Below, one piece after another: positions 1 to 9,466 of a DNA stretch of 64,000 nt. Below the pieces are notes generated by a model. That model was not told the DNA's origin and searched no databases. It saw only the letters and a program-made list of their open reading frames with translations. Location of the stretch: positions 1 through 64,000 of the IMG/VR virus record IMGVR_UViG_3300042564_002458. One strand, given 5' to 3'. The translations under genes were made by a program, and so were the position numbers. The stretch comes from a virus. Position 1 is the first letter of the stretch, and each line of letters begins with the position of its first letter.

Positions 1-269
1 GGATTTGATGTTCAAATTAAGTTAAGTAGTGCTAGTATGGCCAATTTATTAAAGAGAAATGAACGATGGGAATTACGAGATGTCAGTAGAAACGTACACA
101 ACATATGGTCAGGAAAAGGTAGAAACGGAAGAATGGACGTTAAAACATACAGTTTTAAGTTTTTAGACTGAAACAGATTGAAACAATTAAAGATATATCT
201 AATCCGAATTTAGTTGACTATAAACATAAATAGTAGTATTATAGTTAAAAGTCGATCAAAGGAGATCGT

Positions 270-650
270 ATGTTTATCAAATCAAAATTAGTATTATTGA
301 CCGTAAGTTTATTGTTATCATCCTCAGTATTAGCGGATGGACGTGGACGTAAACACCCACAGGATCATGGATATAATCGTGGTCATAATCATAATCATAA
401 TTATAATCATGGATATAATCGTGGTCATAATCATAATTACAATCGTGGGTATAATAATAATTGGATAGCTCCCGCACTTATTGGTGGAGCAATCGTGGGT
501 TCCATGATTTATGGTGTCACGAGACCTGACCCAGTATATGTAGCGCCGGATCCTGTATACGTTAATCCTCAGATTCCTTACGGATACCATTACGAAACAA
601 TATTTGATGGTAACTGTAATTGTTATAGACGAGTTTTAATTCAAGATTAA
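270..650 (+). CDS. Exported/membrane protein with His/Asn-rich repeats and PVYV motifs
   Basis: Signal-peptide-like N-terminus, GYNRGHNHN repeats, hydrophobic Gly-rich segment, PDPVYV repeats; AGGAG SD. Confidence 0.75.
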   Translation: MFIKSKLVLLTVSLLLSSSVLADGRGRKHPQDHGYNRGHNHNHNYNHGYNRGHNHNYNRGYNNNWIAPALIGGAIVGSMIYGVTRPDPVYVAPDPVYVNPQIPYGYHYETIFDGNCNCYRRVLIQD

Positions 651-834
651 TAATGACTACTACAATTTTCAGACAGTATTTGGATACAGAACTAAATGGA
701 TAAATTATTTCTCATATTGATTATGATTCCGATAATTGGATACACATGTTATAAAATTATAACTTATGATTGGTCTAATCATAATGAAGATATTAAAAGT
801 ATGGGCGATGACATATTTTAAAGAATTGTTGTAA

Positions 835-1236
835 ACCCTGAGTAATCAGGACAGAAGTAAAGAGAAAAGTGTTCAAGACGCGGTTATCGTATACCGCCAG
901 CTCCACCATAAAGGGATTACATGAATTACATTGACAATACTATAGTGCTTGAAAACGGCAGAACAGTACATTACACAAAAGATGTATCTAAAATGTCGCT
1001 TAAAGAAGCTAATAAAATGTTAGCCACTATTAGAAAGTCTCTTTATGATGGGGCTGAAAGGATTCGATTGGGCAACAAGTAACGGAATGGACAACTCGTC
1101 AGCGATAGACGTAAAAACTAAACAACCAATAAATGCTAACGATGAAAATTGGGCATTAGCCGCTTGAAAAAGTTGCTTAGGGTAGGAAATACCTCGTAAC
1201 AGAAAATACCAATAGGGACTTTCGGGTCCCTATTTT
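835..1236 (+). ncRNA. ssrA: Circularly permuted (two-piece) tmRNA; tag (A)ANDENWALAA
   Basis: Acceptor 3' strand CAGCTCC-A-CCA (898-908) lies before the 5' strand GGGGCTG (1050-1056), giving the G3:U Ala determinant. GGATTCGA D-loop-like motif; TTGGGCA/TGTTCAA P2 pairing; tag frame GCT AAC GAT GAA AAT TGG GCA TTA GCC GCT TGA at 1135-1167. The 5' boundary is approximate. Confidence 0.93.
1211..1236 (+). terminator. Intrinsic terminator ending the tmRNA coding piece
   Basis: AATAGGGACT-TTCG-GGTCCCTATT hairpin followed by T-run. Confidence 0.85.
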
Positions 1237-1257
1237 ATTAACACTAAATATCTAATC

Positions 1258-1512
1258 ATGGAAATAAAAACTTCTGCTGATTGGTGGGCAATTGAACAAG
1301 AATTAAAAACTCAATTGAAGTCAATGAATTATAATAGTGATCTTTACAAGATGAAAGATAATATTACAGTTATGGTGGTTGAATTAAACAAAGCTGAAGT
1401 TACTGCCAGAAGAATCAATAACTTTAAGTATTTGGAACCACAAATTTGTGAGATTAATCAAGCGATTAATAATCTAGAAAAATGGATCTTGATGTTGATC
1501 TTAAGCCAGTAA
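1258..1512 (+). CDS. Hypothetical protein
   Basis: 84-aa ORF 7 nt after an ACTAAATA late-like box. Confidence 0.6.
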   Translation: MEIKTSADWWAIEQELKTQLKSMNYNSDLYKMKDNITVMVVELNKAEVTARRINNFKYLEPQICEINQAINNLEKWILMLILSQ

Positions 1513-1536
1513 TAAATACATATGGAGAAAGACATC

Positions 1537-1689
1537 ATGGAAATGAAAACTTATTGGGCATTTGTAAAAGCTGGAACTGGGAACTTTATCAAAGTTACAA
1601 TTCAGGCTGATACCCCATACAATGCCTTACAAATACTAAAAAACACCTACGGTGACAATTTACAAAGTGGGCCGGCTTTAGTCAATTAA
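1537..1689 (+). CDS. Small hypothetical protein (MEMKTYWAFVKAGTGNFIKVTIQADTPYNALQIL...)
   Basis: 50-aa ORF read by eye, GGAG SD upstream, not in ORF track. Confidence 0.55.
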   Translation: MEMKTYWAFVKAGTGNFIKVTIQADTPYNALQILKNTYGDNLQSGPALVN

Positions 1690-1702
1690 TTGGATACTAA
1701 TC

Positions 1703-1915
1703 ATGAAAAAAGTTGTATTGGCAGTTATATTTGGAATCATTACTCTATTATCAGGTTGCGTGGCATATGATCCATATTATCAGTCACGACCAGTATATTA
1801 TCAACCACAACCAGTATATGTACCACGTCCAGTATATATACAACCACGTTGTACGTGGGTTACTCAATGGGACAGATATAATAGAACGTATAGAAACGTT
1901 AAAATTTGTCGTTAA
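1703..1915 (+). CDS. Small lipoprotein with PVY repeats
   Basis: Lipobox LLSG-C, then QPQPVYVPRPVY repeats. Confidence 0.75.
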   Translation: MKKVVLAVIFGIITLLSGCVAYDPYYQSRPVYYQPQPVYVPRPVYIQPRCTWVTQWDRYNRTYRNVKICR

Positions 1916-1918
1916 AAG

Positions 1919-2000
1919 TGTTGTAAAATTACAACAAAAATCTCTTGACATTTAATCAATATTAGTATATAATTATCACATACACTGATAAAAGGAACTA
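1919..2000 (+). promoter_or_regulatory. Early sigma70 promoter cassette with upstream palindrome
   Basis: TGTTGTAAAATTACAACA 1919-1936; TTGACA 1945, 17 bp spacer, TATAAT 1968; CACATACACTGA leader and AAGGA SD. Confidence 0.85.
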
Positions 2001-2003
2001 AAA

Positions 2004-2075
2004 ATGTTAGAAATCATCGTTTATCTCGCTATTTGTGCTGTAATTCAGATCGTTTTAATCAAACTTTTTTTCTAA
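2004..2075 (+). CDS. 23-aa hydrophobic micropeptide
   Basis: MLEIIVYLAICAVIQIVLIKLFF, alone between two promoter cassettes, with SD. Confidence 0.55.
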   Translation: MLEIIVYLAICAVIQIVLIKLFF

Positions 2076-2080
2076 AATAC

Positions 2081-2160
2081 TGTTGTTTTAATACAACATT
2101 ATAATTTGACAATAAATCCATTATCTGATATAATATACACATACACTGAGAAAACGGATA
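2081..2160 (+). promoter_or_regulatory. Early sigma70 promoter cassette with upstream palindrome
   Basis: TGTTGTTTTAATACAACA; TTGACA 2106, 17 bp, TATAAT 2129. Confidence 0.85.
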
Positions 2161-2165
2161 CGAAA

Positions 2166-2537
2166 ATGAACGAATTCAAAAGCTGGGAAGAAATGTCAGA
2201 ATTAGAACAACTCGCTTGCGAGTACTCTGATTTTTATAAGGACGCATACGGGTATCGCCCCCGTCTGGACACTTCCAGTTGGACTGTGGAAGAATTCGAA
2301 GTGGTATTTGAGGAACTCGCCAAGGTTTGTAAGGCAAACGCACTTGCTCGTAAAGAAGAAGAATCTTACAAAGCTCGCAAGTTGGAGGCTCGTATTTCTG
2401 AATTACTCACCATGGGTGCCAAAGATCGTGCAATGGCTATTCGCTGGATCAGTGAGGCGGAAGATGCCGGCGGGGATATGGAATATCTCTGTTTTCTACT
2501 CGGCGTAGAATACGGTTATTTTAAAAATAACCAGTAG
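2166..2537 (+). CDS. Early hypothetical phage protein
   Basis: Start moved from the TTG of the -35 box to ATG 2166; YSDFYKDAYGYRPR motif. Confidence 0.75.
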   Translation: MNEFKSWEEMSELEQLACEYSDFYKDAYGYRPRLDTSSWTVEEFEVVFEELAKVCKANALARKEEESYKARKLEARISELLTMGAKDRAMAIRWISEAEDAGGDMEYLCFLLGVEYGYFKNNQ

Positions 2538-2612
2538 TTGTATTTTTACAACAAATTTGTTGACAATAAATCCCATTTCAGTTATAATTATTACACACAC
2601 TCACAAAAAGGA
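2537..2612 (+). promoter_or_regulatory. Early sigma70 promoter cassette with upstream palindrome
   Basis: GTTGTATTTTTACAAC; TTGACA 2560, 17 bp, TATAAT 2583. Confidence 0.85.
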
Positions 2613-2619
2613 ATTAAAA

Positions 2620-2946
2620 ATGAAAGAAGCCGTTAAGTTGTTACACTATGTGGATCCGGGTCATTCTTGGTTACGTGTCCCTCTGAAAATGCTCAAGAAA
2701 TTGGGTATTGCCAATAAGATTTCATCTTTCTCGTACCAACGTACTGAATATGTTTATCTTGAAGAAGATTCTGATATGACCGTGTTCATGAAAGCCATGG
2801 AAGCCAAGGGTCAAAAAGTTGTATTCGTTACTCGTCGCACTGATCGCGAATCACGTATTCGTAAGTATGGGCAGTATCAATCTGCTCAATCAGTAGTTGA
2901 TAGCGTTACTCGCCGTTCGTTAGATGAATTGGTTTCGGAGGAATAA
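2620..2946 (+). CDS. Early hypothetical phage protein (DPGHSWL...YLEED family)
   Basis: ATG 2620 after AAGGA SD. Confidence 0.7.
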   Translation: MKEAVKLLHYVDPGHSWLRVPLKMLKKLGIANKISSFSYQRTEYVYLEEDSDMTVFMKAMEAKGQKVVFVTRRTDRESRIRKYGQYQSAQSVVDSVTRRSLDELVSEE

Positions 2947-3146
2947 AAATGTGTAAACCTAAATCACTCAAACGAATCACTCCAAAAATGTATGTGTTTT
3001 TAACTGCAAAATCTGGAACTATTTTTGAAGTGCCATATAAAATGGATATTCCTACTACTGCCTGTGCTAGTAGAGGGGTTAAACTTGTTCGTACTGATAG
3101 AAAAGCACTGAACAAAAGTTACGTTCTTGTATTATAATCGGGAGAA

Positions 3147-3434
3147 TTGTCAATGAGTAATACTACTCTGTCAGAAGTGGTCAGATCAATTATGTTTGGT
3201 GATTTGACCAATGATGAATTGAATAATGTTGCACAGGCGATTAAATTTCGCCGTACTGAATTGGCCAAAACTACCAAGAATAGTTTAACTATTGGATCCA
3301 AAGTCAGCTTTGTTGATCGTGGTGGTAGAAAATATTTGGGTAATGTTACTGGCATCAAAGTCAAAAACGTTATCGTCAATACCACTCTTGGAATTTACCG
3401 AGTACCAGCTTCAATGTTAACTGTAGAGGATTAA
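3147..3434 (+). CDS. Hypothetical SH3/KOW-like protein
   Basis: IGSKVSF...GNVTGIKVKNVIV beta-barrel pattern. Confidence 0.55.
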   Translation: MSMSNTTLSEVVRSIMFGDLTNDELNNVAQAIKFRRTELAKTTKNSLTIGSKVSFVDRGGRKYLGNVTGIKVKNVIVNTTLGIYRVPASMLTVED

Positions 3435-3436
3435 TC

Positions 3437-3880
3437 ATGGGTTTAGATATGTATTTGACGGCAAAACGTTATTTGCCAGAATATAACAAAGAAGTTAAAG
3501 AAATGCGAGAATCAATTACTGTCTCTATTGGTAGTCCATTTGGCACTGTTAATGAAGTGTCGGTGGAAGCTGGTTATTGGCGAAAAGCTAATGCCATTCA
3601 TAAATGGTTTGTGACTAATTGTCAAAACGGAATTGATGAATGTCAAGAAACTTATCTTACTCGTAAGAATATGGAATCATTGTTAGAAACGGTAAACACT
3701 GTGTTAGCCGATAATAGTACTGCGGGCGAATTATTGCCTCCATCAGATGGATTCTTTTTCGGATCAACCGAAATTGATGAATATTATATTCAAGATTTAG
3801 AATATACAAAAGAACTTTTAGAAAAGATTCTATCATCCGATCAAAAGGATTGGGATTTTTACTATCGTGCAAGTTGGTAA
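3437..3880 (+). CDS. Conserved phage protein (MGLDMYL...YWRKANAIH...YYRASW)
   Basis: Motif set common in phage early proteins; GAGG SD. Confidence 0.75.
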   Translation: MGLDMYLTAKRYLPEYNKEVKEMRESITVSIGSPFGTVNEVSVEAGYWRKANAIHKWFVTNCQNGIDECQETYLTRKNMESLLETVNTVLADNSTAGELLPPSDGFFFGSTEIDEYYIQDLEYTKELLEKILSSDQKDWDFYYRASW

Positions 3881-3901
3881 TTTAACTTAATAAGGAAATT
3901 T

Positions 3902-4132
3902 ATGAATTTAAAAGTAAAAGCGGGTTTAAAAACTCTAGCAGTATTCGGTGTTGCAATTGTATCTTCACTTGTGACTACATTGATTATTATGTATGTACCC
4001 CCAATGGTAATTGCCATGAGTTTATTGATTGTGGCACTAACTATTATATCTCATACAGTGTATAAGTATTTTCTTACAATTGGTGAAGTACAAGAAAAAT
4101 TAAACACTCTAATTGGTAAATTGGAAAAATGA
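3902..4132 (+). CDS. Small two-TM membrane protein
   Basis: Two hydrophobic segments; AAGGA SD. Confidence 0.6.
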   Translation: MNLKVKAGLKTLAVFGVAIVSSLVTTLIIMYVPPMVIAMSLLIVALTIISHTVYKYFLTIGEVQEKLNTLIGKLEK

Positions 4133-4305
4133 AATCTCATCCGGCAAAACTCAGTTACGATATTGTTACTATAGTACTGATGTTTGTGGCTGAAAGTTTA
4201 ATAATCGGACCTATGATTTATTGTATTGTTCAGATTATTTCTTGACAATAAATCGATTATCGTCTATACTATCTTTTCAATATTAATTTTAACGGAGTTT
4301 TCCAA

Positions 4306-5409
4306 ATGGCATCAAAACCAGAATCGTATACAGTAACCGCTGTACAGGCACGTAAAGCAATTTTACAATCATTTAAATCCAAACGCCCAACATTTATTTG
4401 GGGTCCACCAGGAATTGGTAAATCAGAAATTGTAGAAGAAATCACTAAAGAACTTGGCGGACATTTGATTGATTTGCGTATGGCTCAAATGGAACCAACC
4501 GACATTCGTGGTATTCCGTTTTATAACAAAGATTTAGGAAAAATGGATTGGGCACCTCCGATTGAATTGCCAGATGAAGAAATGGCTAGTAAATATAAAC
4601 GTATTGTATTGTTTATGGATGAAATGAATAGTGCCCCGCCAACGGTTCAAGCGGCAGCCTATCAATTGATTTTGAATCGCCGAATTGGTAAATATGTCTT
4701 GCCATCTAATGTTGATCTGATTGCCGGTGGTAATCGTGAATCAGACAAGGGTGTTACTTATCGTATGCCAATGCCATTAGCCAATCGTTTCTTACATATT
4801 GAAATGCGGTCTGACTTTAATACATGGCAAACATGGGCAGTTCTTAATGGTATTCATAAAGACGTTGTGTCATATTTGTCATTTGCCAAAAATGATTTGT
4901 ACGATTTTGATGCAAAATCTTCTAGTCATGCATTTGCTACTCCTCGTAGTTGGGTATTTGTATCAGATATCTTGAAAGATTATGATGACAATAGTGATAC
5001 TGATACATTATTTACATTGGTTGCTGGTTGTGTAGGTGAGGGATTGGCCGCAAAATTTTCCGCTCATCGTAAAATTTCAGGTAAACTTCCAAATCCATCC
5101 GATATTTTGAATGGCATCGTAACAACATTAGATATTAAAGAAGTATCGGCTATGTATTCATTGACCATTAGTATGTGTTATGAAATGAAAGACATGATTG
5201 ATAATAAACGAGTATCGATCAAAGATTTCAATCCTATTTTTGATAATTTTCTGTCTTATATGATGACCAACTTTGAAACTGAATTGGTTATCTTGGGCGC
5301 CAAAATTGCTCTCAAGACATATAACTTGGATATGGATCCAACAAAACTCAAACATTTTGAGGAATTTCACAAGAAGTTTGGTAAATATGTATTGGATGCC
5401 GTTAAGTAA
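4306..5409 (+). CDS. MoxR-like AAA+ ATPase
   Basis: Walker A GPPGIGKS, Walker B LFMDE, AGGN, PLANRF arginine finger, TPRSW; TTGACA-17-TATACT promoter at 4242. Confidence 0.9.
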   Translation: MASKPESYTVTAVQARKAILQSFKSKRPTFIWGPPGIGKSEIVEEITKELGGHLIDLRMAQMEPTDIRGIPFYNKDLGKMDWAPPIELPDEEMASKYKRIVLFMDEMNSAPPTVQAAAYQLILNRRIGKYVLPSNVDLIAGGNRESDKGVTYRMPMPLANRFLHIEMRSDFNTWQTWAVLNGIHKDVVSYLSFAKNDLYDFDAKSSSHAFATPRSWVFVSDILKDYDDNSDTDTLFTLVAGCVGEGLAAKFSAHRKISGKLPNPSDILNGIVTTLDIKEVSAMYSLTISMCYEMKDMIDNKRVSIKDFNPIFDNFLSYMMTNFETELVILGAKIALKTYNLDMDPTKLKHFEEFHKKFGKYVLDAVK

Positions 5410-5520
5410 AATTTAAAATGGATGATGCCATTTAAGGGATAATGAATTTTCATTATCCTTTTTTTAAACTTGACAATAAATCTATCATATGTTACAATAC
5501 AATATAAACTGGAGAATTTT

Positions 5521-6786
5521 ATGAGTGATGTAATTAATAAGTCCAAAAAGAAAAGTAAAAACAAAACTAATAAATTTGATAATCTTATTGGTGTTACAGA
5601 TTCAAAAATTGATGACCGTGCTCGTGATCTATTGATTACTGCTCGTGTTGGTTTGTTGATTCGTCATTCATTTTTTGGTAATTTGGCTACTCGTCTTAAA
5701 TTAATAAATGCAGATGAATGGTGTTCAACGGCAGCTACTGATGGACGTAATTTTTATTACAATAGTAAATTTATCTGTTTATTAAAACCAAAAGAAGTTG
5801 AATTTCTTGTTGGACATGAAGTACTTCATGTTGTATATGATCATATGGGTCGGCGTGATAATCGTGATCCACAAATGTGGAACATTGCCAATGATTATGC
5901 AGTCAATGCCGATTTGAAACGTCATAAAGTTGGTGAATTTATTACCAGTGTTCCCTGTTTGTATGAAGCAAAATATGATGGTAAATATTCAGAATATATC
6001 TATGATGATTTAATGAAAGATGTTACTAAGATTAATCTTGATGATCTTATTGACAAGATGTTAGATGAACATATGGATTCTGAAGATGATTCGGATGGTG
6101 AAGGTGAAGGTAAAGGACGTCCAAAGACAATGACTCAGGAAGAACGTGATGCTCTTCGTCAAGAAATTAAACAAAACATTATTAATGCCGCCAAAGGTGC
6201 TGAGGCCGGACAATTACCAGCTGGCGTTAAACGATTATTGGATGATGTCACCAATCCAAAAATGCCATGGCGCGAATTAATTCAAACTAATTTAACATCA
6301 TCTATTAAAACTGATTATTCATTCTCTCGTCCTAATCGTCGCGGTTGGCACTTAGATGCTATTATGCCTGGAACAACTCCGGGTGAAGAAATTGATGTTG
6401 TTGTTGCTATTGATATGTCAGGTAGTATTAGTAATACACAAGCTCAAATGTTTCTCGGTGAAGTGTCGGGAATGATGCAAATGTTTGATGGTTTCAAAAT
6501 TCATGTATTTTGTTTTGACACTAACATTTATAATCCTCAATCCTTTACTAGTGATAACTTGGATACTATGAGTGATTATGAACCTATGGGTGGTGGTGGA
6601 ACTGACTTTACTGTAATTTTTGATTATCTTAAAGAACGTGGCGAAGATACCAAACGATTAATTGTATTTACTGATGGTATGCCATTTGGTTCGTGGGGTG
6701 ATGAAGATTTTACAGACACAACTTGGATTATTCATGGCAATGACACTATCGTTCCTCCATTTGGGACACATGCATATTTTGATTGA
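5521..6786 (+). CDS. Zincin-like metallopeptidase plus vWA domain protein (DUF2201-type)
   Basis: TAATDG, HEVLH, MIDAS DMSGS, GGGGTDF, VFTDG; start moved to ATG 5521 (GGAG SD). Confidence 0.88.
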   Translation: MSDVINKSKKKSKNKTNKFDNLIGVTDSKIDDRARDLLITARVGLLIRHSFFGNLATRLKLINADEWCSTAATDGRNFYYNSKFICLLKPKEVEFLVGHEVLHVVYDHMGRRDNRDPQMWNIANDYAVNADLKRHKVGEFITSVPCLYEAKYDGKYSEYIYDDLMKDVTKINLDDLIDKMLDEHMDSEDDSDGEGEGKGRPKTMTQEERDALRQEIKQNIINAAKGAEAGQLPAGVKRLLDDVTNPKMPWRELIQTNLTSSIKTDYSFSRPNRRGWHLDAIMPGTTPGEEIDVVVAIDMSGSISNTQAQMFLGEVSGMMQMFDGFKIHVFCFDTNIYNPQSFTSDNLDTMSDYEPMGGGGTDFTVIFDYLKERGEDTKRLIVFTDGMPFGSWGDEDFTDTTWIIHGNDTIVPPFGTHAYFD

Positions 6787-6803
6787 TTATAAATACTATT
6801 ACT

Positions 6804-7637
6804 ATGATAGATTATTCAACTCTTAATACTAAAGGATATCTTGTTATTTCCAATATTCTGAATATTGAAGATTTAGAATGGATACGAAATGATTATAAAT
6901 CTATCAAACAGAGATTTGAATCAGAAGGTGCCTCAAACAAAAACTACAAATTATTACTTGGAACTATTAAAGATAATTTATACAATCAATTAAAAGAACA
7001 CTTGTATAACATTTCCAAATTAACCAATCTTAAAACTGATATGTTTTTTTCAAAACGTATTACGTATTTTGATTCATCGTTGATAAATTTTGACTGGCAC
7101 ATAGATCATGAAACATATTATAAGTATCAGCACACTAATAGTGTGCTGAATTTTTGGTTTCCGGTGGTTAAGTCAACGAGTACAACTAGCGGTCTTACAA
7201 TTATACCTCATGATGTTTTTCAAAGTCTTGCGCCAGATGTATTTGAAGAACGAATATTAAACAATGGGGCAAAAAGACTGCGAGTACAACAGAGAAAAAC
7301 CGTATTGTACGACGATGAAACTGGAGATGAGATCATATTAGATTTTGACATCAACGAATATGGTGTGACACCATCTGTTATGCCAGGTGATTTGCTATTA
7401 CTAAAAGGAGACGTAATTCATCGTACTCAGAAATCAAGCGTAGACAGAGTGGCATTTAGTATCCGAGCAATTGACGGAGATGAGGTGTTAACAAAAGAGA
7501 AATTTTATAGCGGTTGCTCACGTAAAAAATTGATGATAAAAAATAATATCGGTGACTATACTGAGGTTGTTAACGCCTTTAATCAATATAATAGTATTAC
7601 TATTAGAAGTTTGTTTAATTCTGATGTTATAAAATAA
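6804..7637 (+). CDS. PhyH-like 2OG-Fe(II) dioxygenase
   Basis: WHID, LNFWFP, GDLLL...IHR motifs; TATAAATA at 6788. Confidence 0.75.
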   Translation: MIDYSTLNTKGYLVISNILNIEDLEWIRNDYKSIKQRFESEGASNKNYKLLLGTIKDNLYNQLKEHLYNISKLTNLKTDMFFSKRITYFDSSLINFDWHIDHETYYKYQHTNSVLNFWFPVVKSTSTTSGLTIIPHDVFQSLAPDVFEERILNNGAKRLRVQQRKTVLYDDETGDEIILDFDINEYGVTPSVMPGDLLLLKGDVIHRTQKSSVDRVAFSIRAIDGDEVLTKEKFYSGCSRKKLMIKNNIGDYTEVVNAFNQYNSITIRSLFNSDVIK

Positions 7638-7699
7638 AAAAAATCGTCAACGTATCTCACTACTAAATATTATTAATAACTCATTTTTAGGAGAGTATC

Positions 7700-8434
7700 G
7701 TGGCAAAATTTATCAAACACGTTGGAAAAATAGGGGATCGTAAAGTTGCTGTTGTTTTTAGACAAATTCCCGGTGAAGAACATATGGCTCTGGTCGTATA
7801 TACGGAGTTACTTAATCAAAATATTCATGACCCATTAATTTCATGTATTGACAGTGAATCTGCTCAACGAGAGGATAATCTTGCCGAGGCATTAAATAAG
7901 AATTATACTCGTGATGGTAAAATTTTATTACAAGTTTTGCATCATGAAGGAATGATGAAAAAAGTTCAAACCGCTCAAGTCTTAATGACACCTGCTCCAA
8001 ATCAAGCAATTAAATTAAGTGAACTTAACAACATTTTAAATGAAATGTCCAAGGGTGAAGAGGCAGTTAAACGTTTACGTGAAATCGATGATAGTCGTGG
8101 ATTACAAGATCCAAAAGATATTGCTCGTAGAATGCGCGACAGTACAAAACCAGCGGTAACTGCGACAAGTCCAGATGTATATGGTGATACAGATTTGGCT
8201 CAACAACGTCTTCAACAGGCTCAAAAAATGGCCGCTGAAGCTCGTGGTTTATTGGCCGAAAGTGAAAGATTGGCACAAGAAGCATACGGTATGGATCCAT
8301 CATTGAATCCAGTACAACCAAAAGCTAAAAAGACTACTAAAAAGGCAACTGTTGAATTAACACCTCAACAAATCTTGGAATCCGCTACAGTTAAAAAGGC
8401 AGGACGCCCACGTAAGGCAACTGTAACAGGATAA
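7700..8434 (+). CDS. Conserved hypothetical phage protein
   Basis: GTG start with AGGAG SD; basic C-terminus with AT-hook-like KKAGRPRK. Confidence 0.7.
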   Translation: MAKFIKHVGKIGDRKVAVVFRQIPGEEHMALVVYTELLNQNIHDPLISCIDSESAQREDNLAEALNKNYTRDGKILLQVLHHEGMMKKVQTAQVLMTPAPNQAIKLSELNNILNEMSKGEEAVKRLREIDDSRGLQDPKDIARRMRDSTKPAVTATSPDVYGDTDLAQQRLQQAQKMAAEARGLLAESERLAQEAYGMDPSLNPVQPKAKKTTKKATVELTPQQILESATVKKAGRPRKATVTG

Positions 8435-8440
8435 TAATCA

Positions 8441-8740
8441 ATGTCGCCCGAAGTCTTCGCAAAGTGGGAACATATTGTAGACAGTGTTGAAAAAACAAAG
8501 ATACCATTAGAGTTTATTAAAAAACTAGTTATCAAGTTGAACGGAAGACGCCAACGAACAATAAACATTAAATCTCTGTTCAATCAAGGTTTAGAAAGTG
8601 ATGAGATTGAACAAGCTATTAGTCGTAAATTGGATGAATATGATGATGAAATGATTGGAATAGAATTTGTATTGGACATTGAAGGTATTGCAGAAATTGT
8701 TCAACCTGAAATTGATGATCTATTAAAATCGGTCAAGTAA
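8441..8740 (+). CDS. Hypothetical protein
   Basis: ORF co-oriented in operon. Confidence 0.65.
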   Translation: MSPEVFAKWEHIVDSVEKTKIPLEFIKKLVIKLNGRRQRTINIKSLFNQGLESDEIEQAISRKLDEYDDEMIGIEFVLDIEGIAEIVQPEIDDLLKSVK

Positions 8741-8791
8741 AAGTTGACATATTGAAAACAGTATGTCATACTCTAATTTTAGAGAACATTA

Positions 8792-9466
8792 ATGAAAGTA
8801 AAATTAATTAGTTATTCACAACCAAGTCAAGAAGTCTTAGAAGAAGGCTTAAAAGACGCTCAAGACTTGGTTGCATTTTGCGCTAGAGTATCCAATCCAA
8901 GTAATCAAATGAACACTGAAACAAGTGAAAAGTTGATTAAGTATCTTATCAAACATAAACATTGGTCTCCAATGGAAATGGTTTCAGTATGTTTAGAAGT
9001 AGAAACCACTAGAGATATTGGTCGTCAATTATTACGGCATCGTAGTTTTTCATTTCAAGAATTTTCACAACGTTATGCTGATCCAACAAAAGATTTAAGT
9101 TTTGTTGTTCGTGAAGCCAGACTTCAAGATACAAAAAATCGTCAAAATAGTATTGCACTAGATATGACTAACGATGATCAACGTCGCATTGCCTATCAAT
9201 GGGAACAGGGTCAATTAAATCTTACTAGACAAGCACAGGATTTATATGTCTGGGCAATATCAAAAGGTATTGCCAAAGAACAAGCACGTTCTGTGTTACC
9301 TGAAGGATTAACTATGAGTAGATTGTATGTTAATGGTACTTTACGTAGTTGGATTCATTATATTGATGTTAGAGCCGATGAAAGCACACAACTTGAACAT
9401 AGAGAAATTGCACTTGAATGTGCCAAAATTATTGCTAAAGTATTTCCATTAATATCTGATCTATGA
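8792..9466 (+). CDS. thyX: Flavin-dependent thymidylate synthase
   Basis: HWSPME, RHRSFSFQEFSQRY signature, ARSVLP, Q-x-EHR. Confidence 0.96.
   Translation: MKVKLISYSQPSQEVLEEGLKDAQDLVAFCARVSNPSNQMNTETSEKLIKYLIKHKHWSPMEMVSVCLEVETTRDIGRQLLRHRSFSFQEFSQRYADPTKDLSFVVREARLQDTKNRQNSIALDMTNDDQRRIAYQWEQGQLNLTRQAQDLYVWAISKGIAKEQARSVLPEGLTMSRLYVNGTLRSWIHYIDVRADESTQLEHREIALECAKIIAKVFPLISDL

Noticed and set aside
871-908. Standalone tRNA-Ala
   Set aside because: No anticodon arm; the matching 5' strand lies downstream with a tag ORF, so it is a permuted tmRNA
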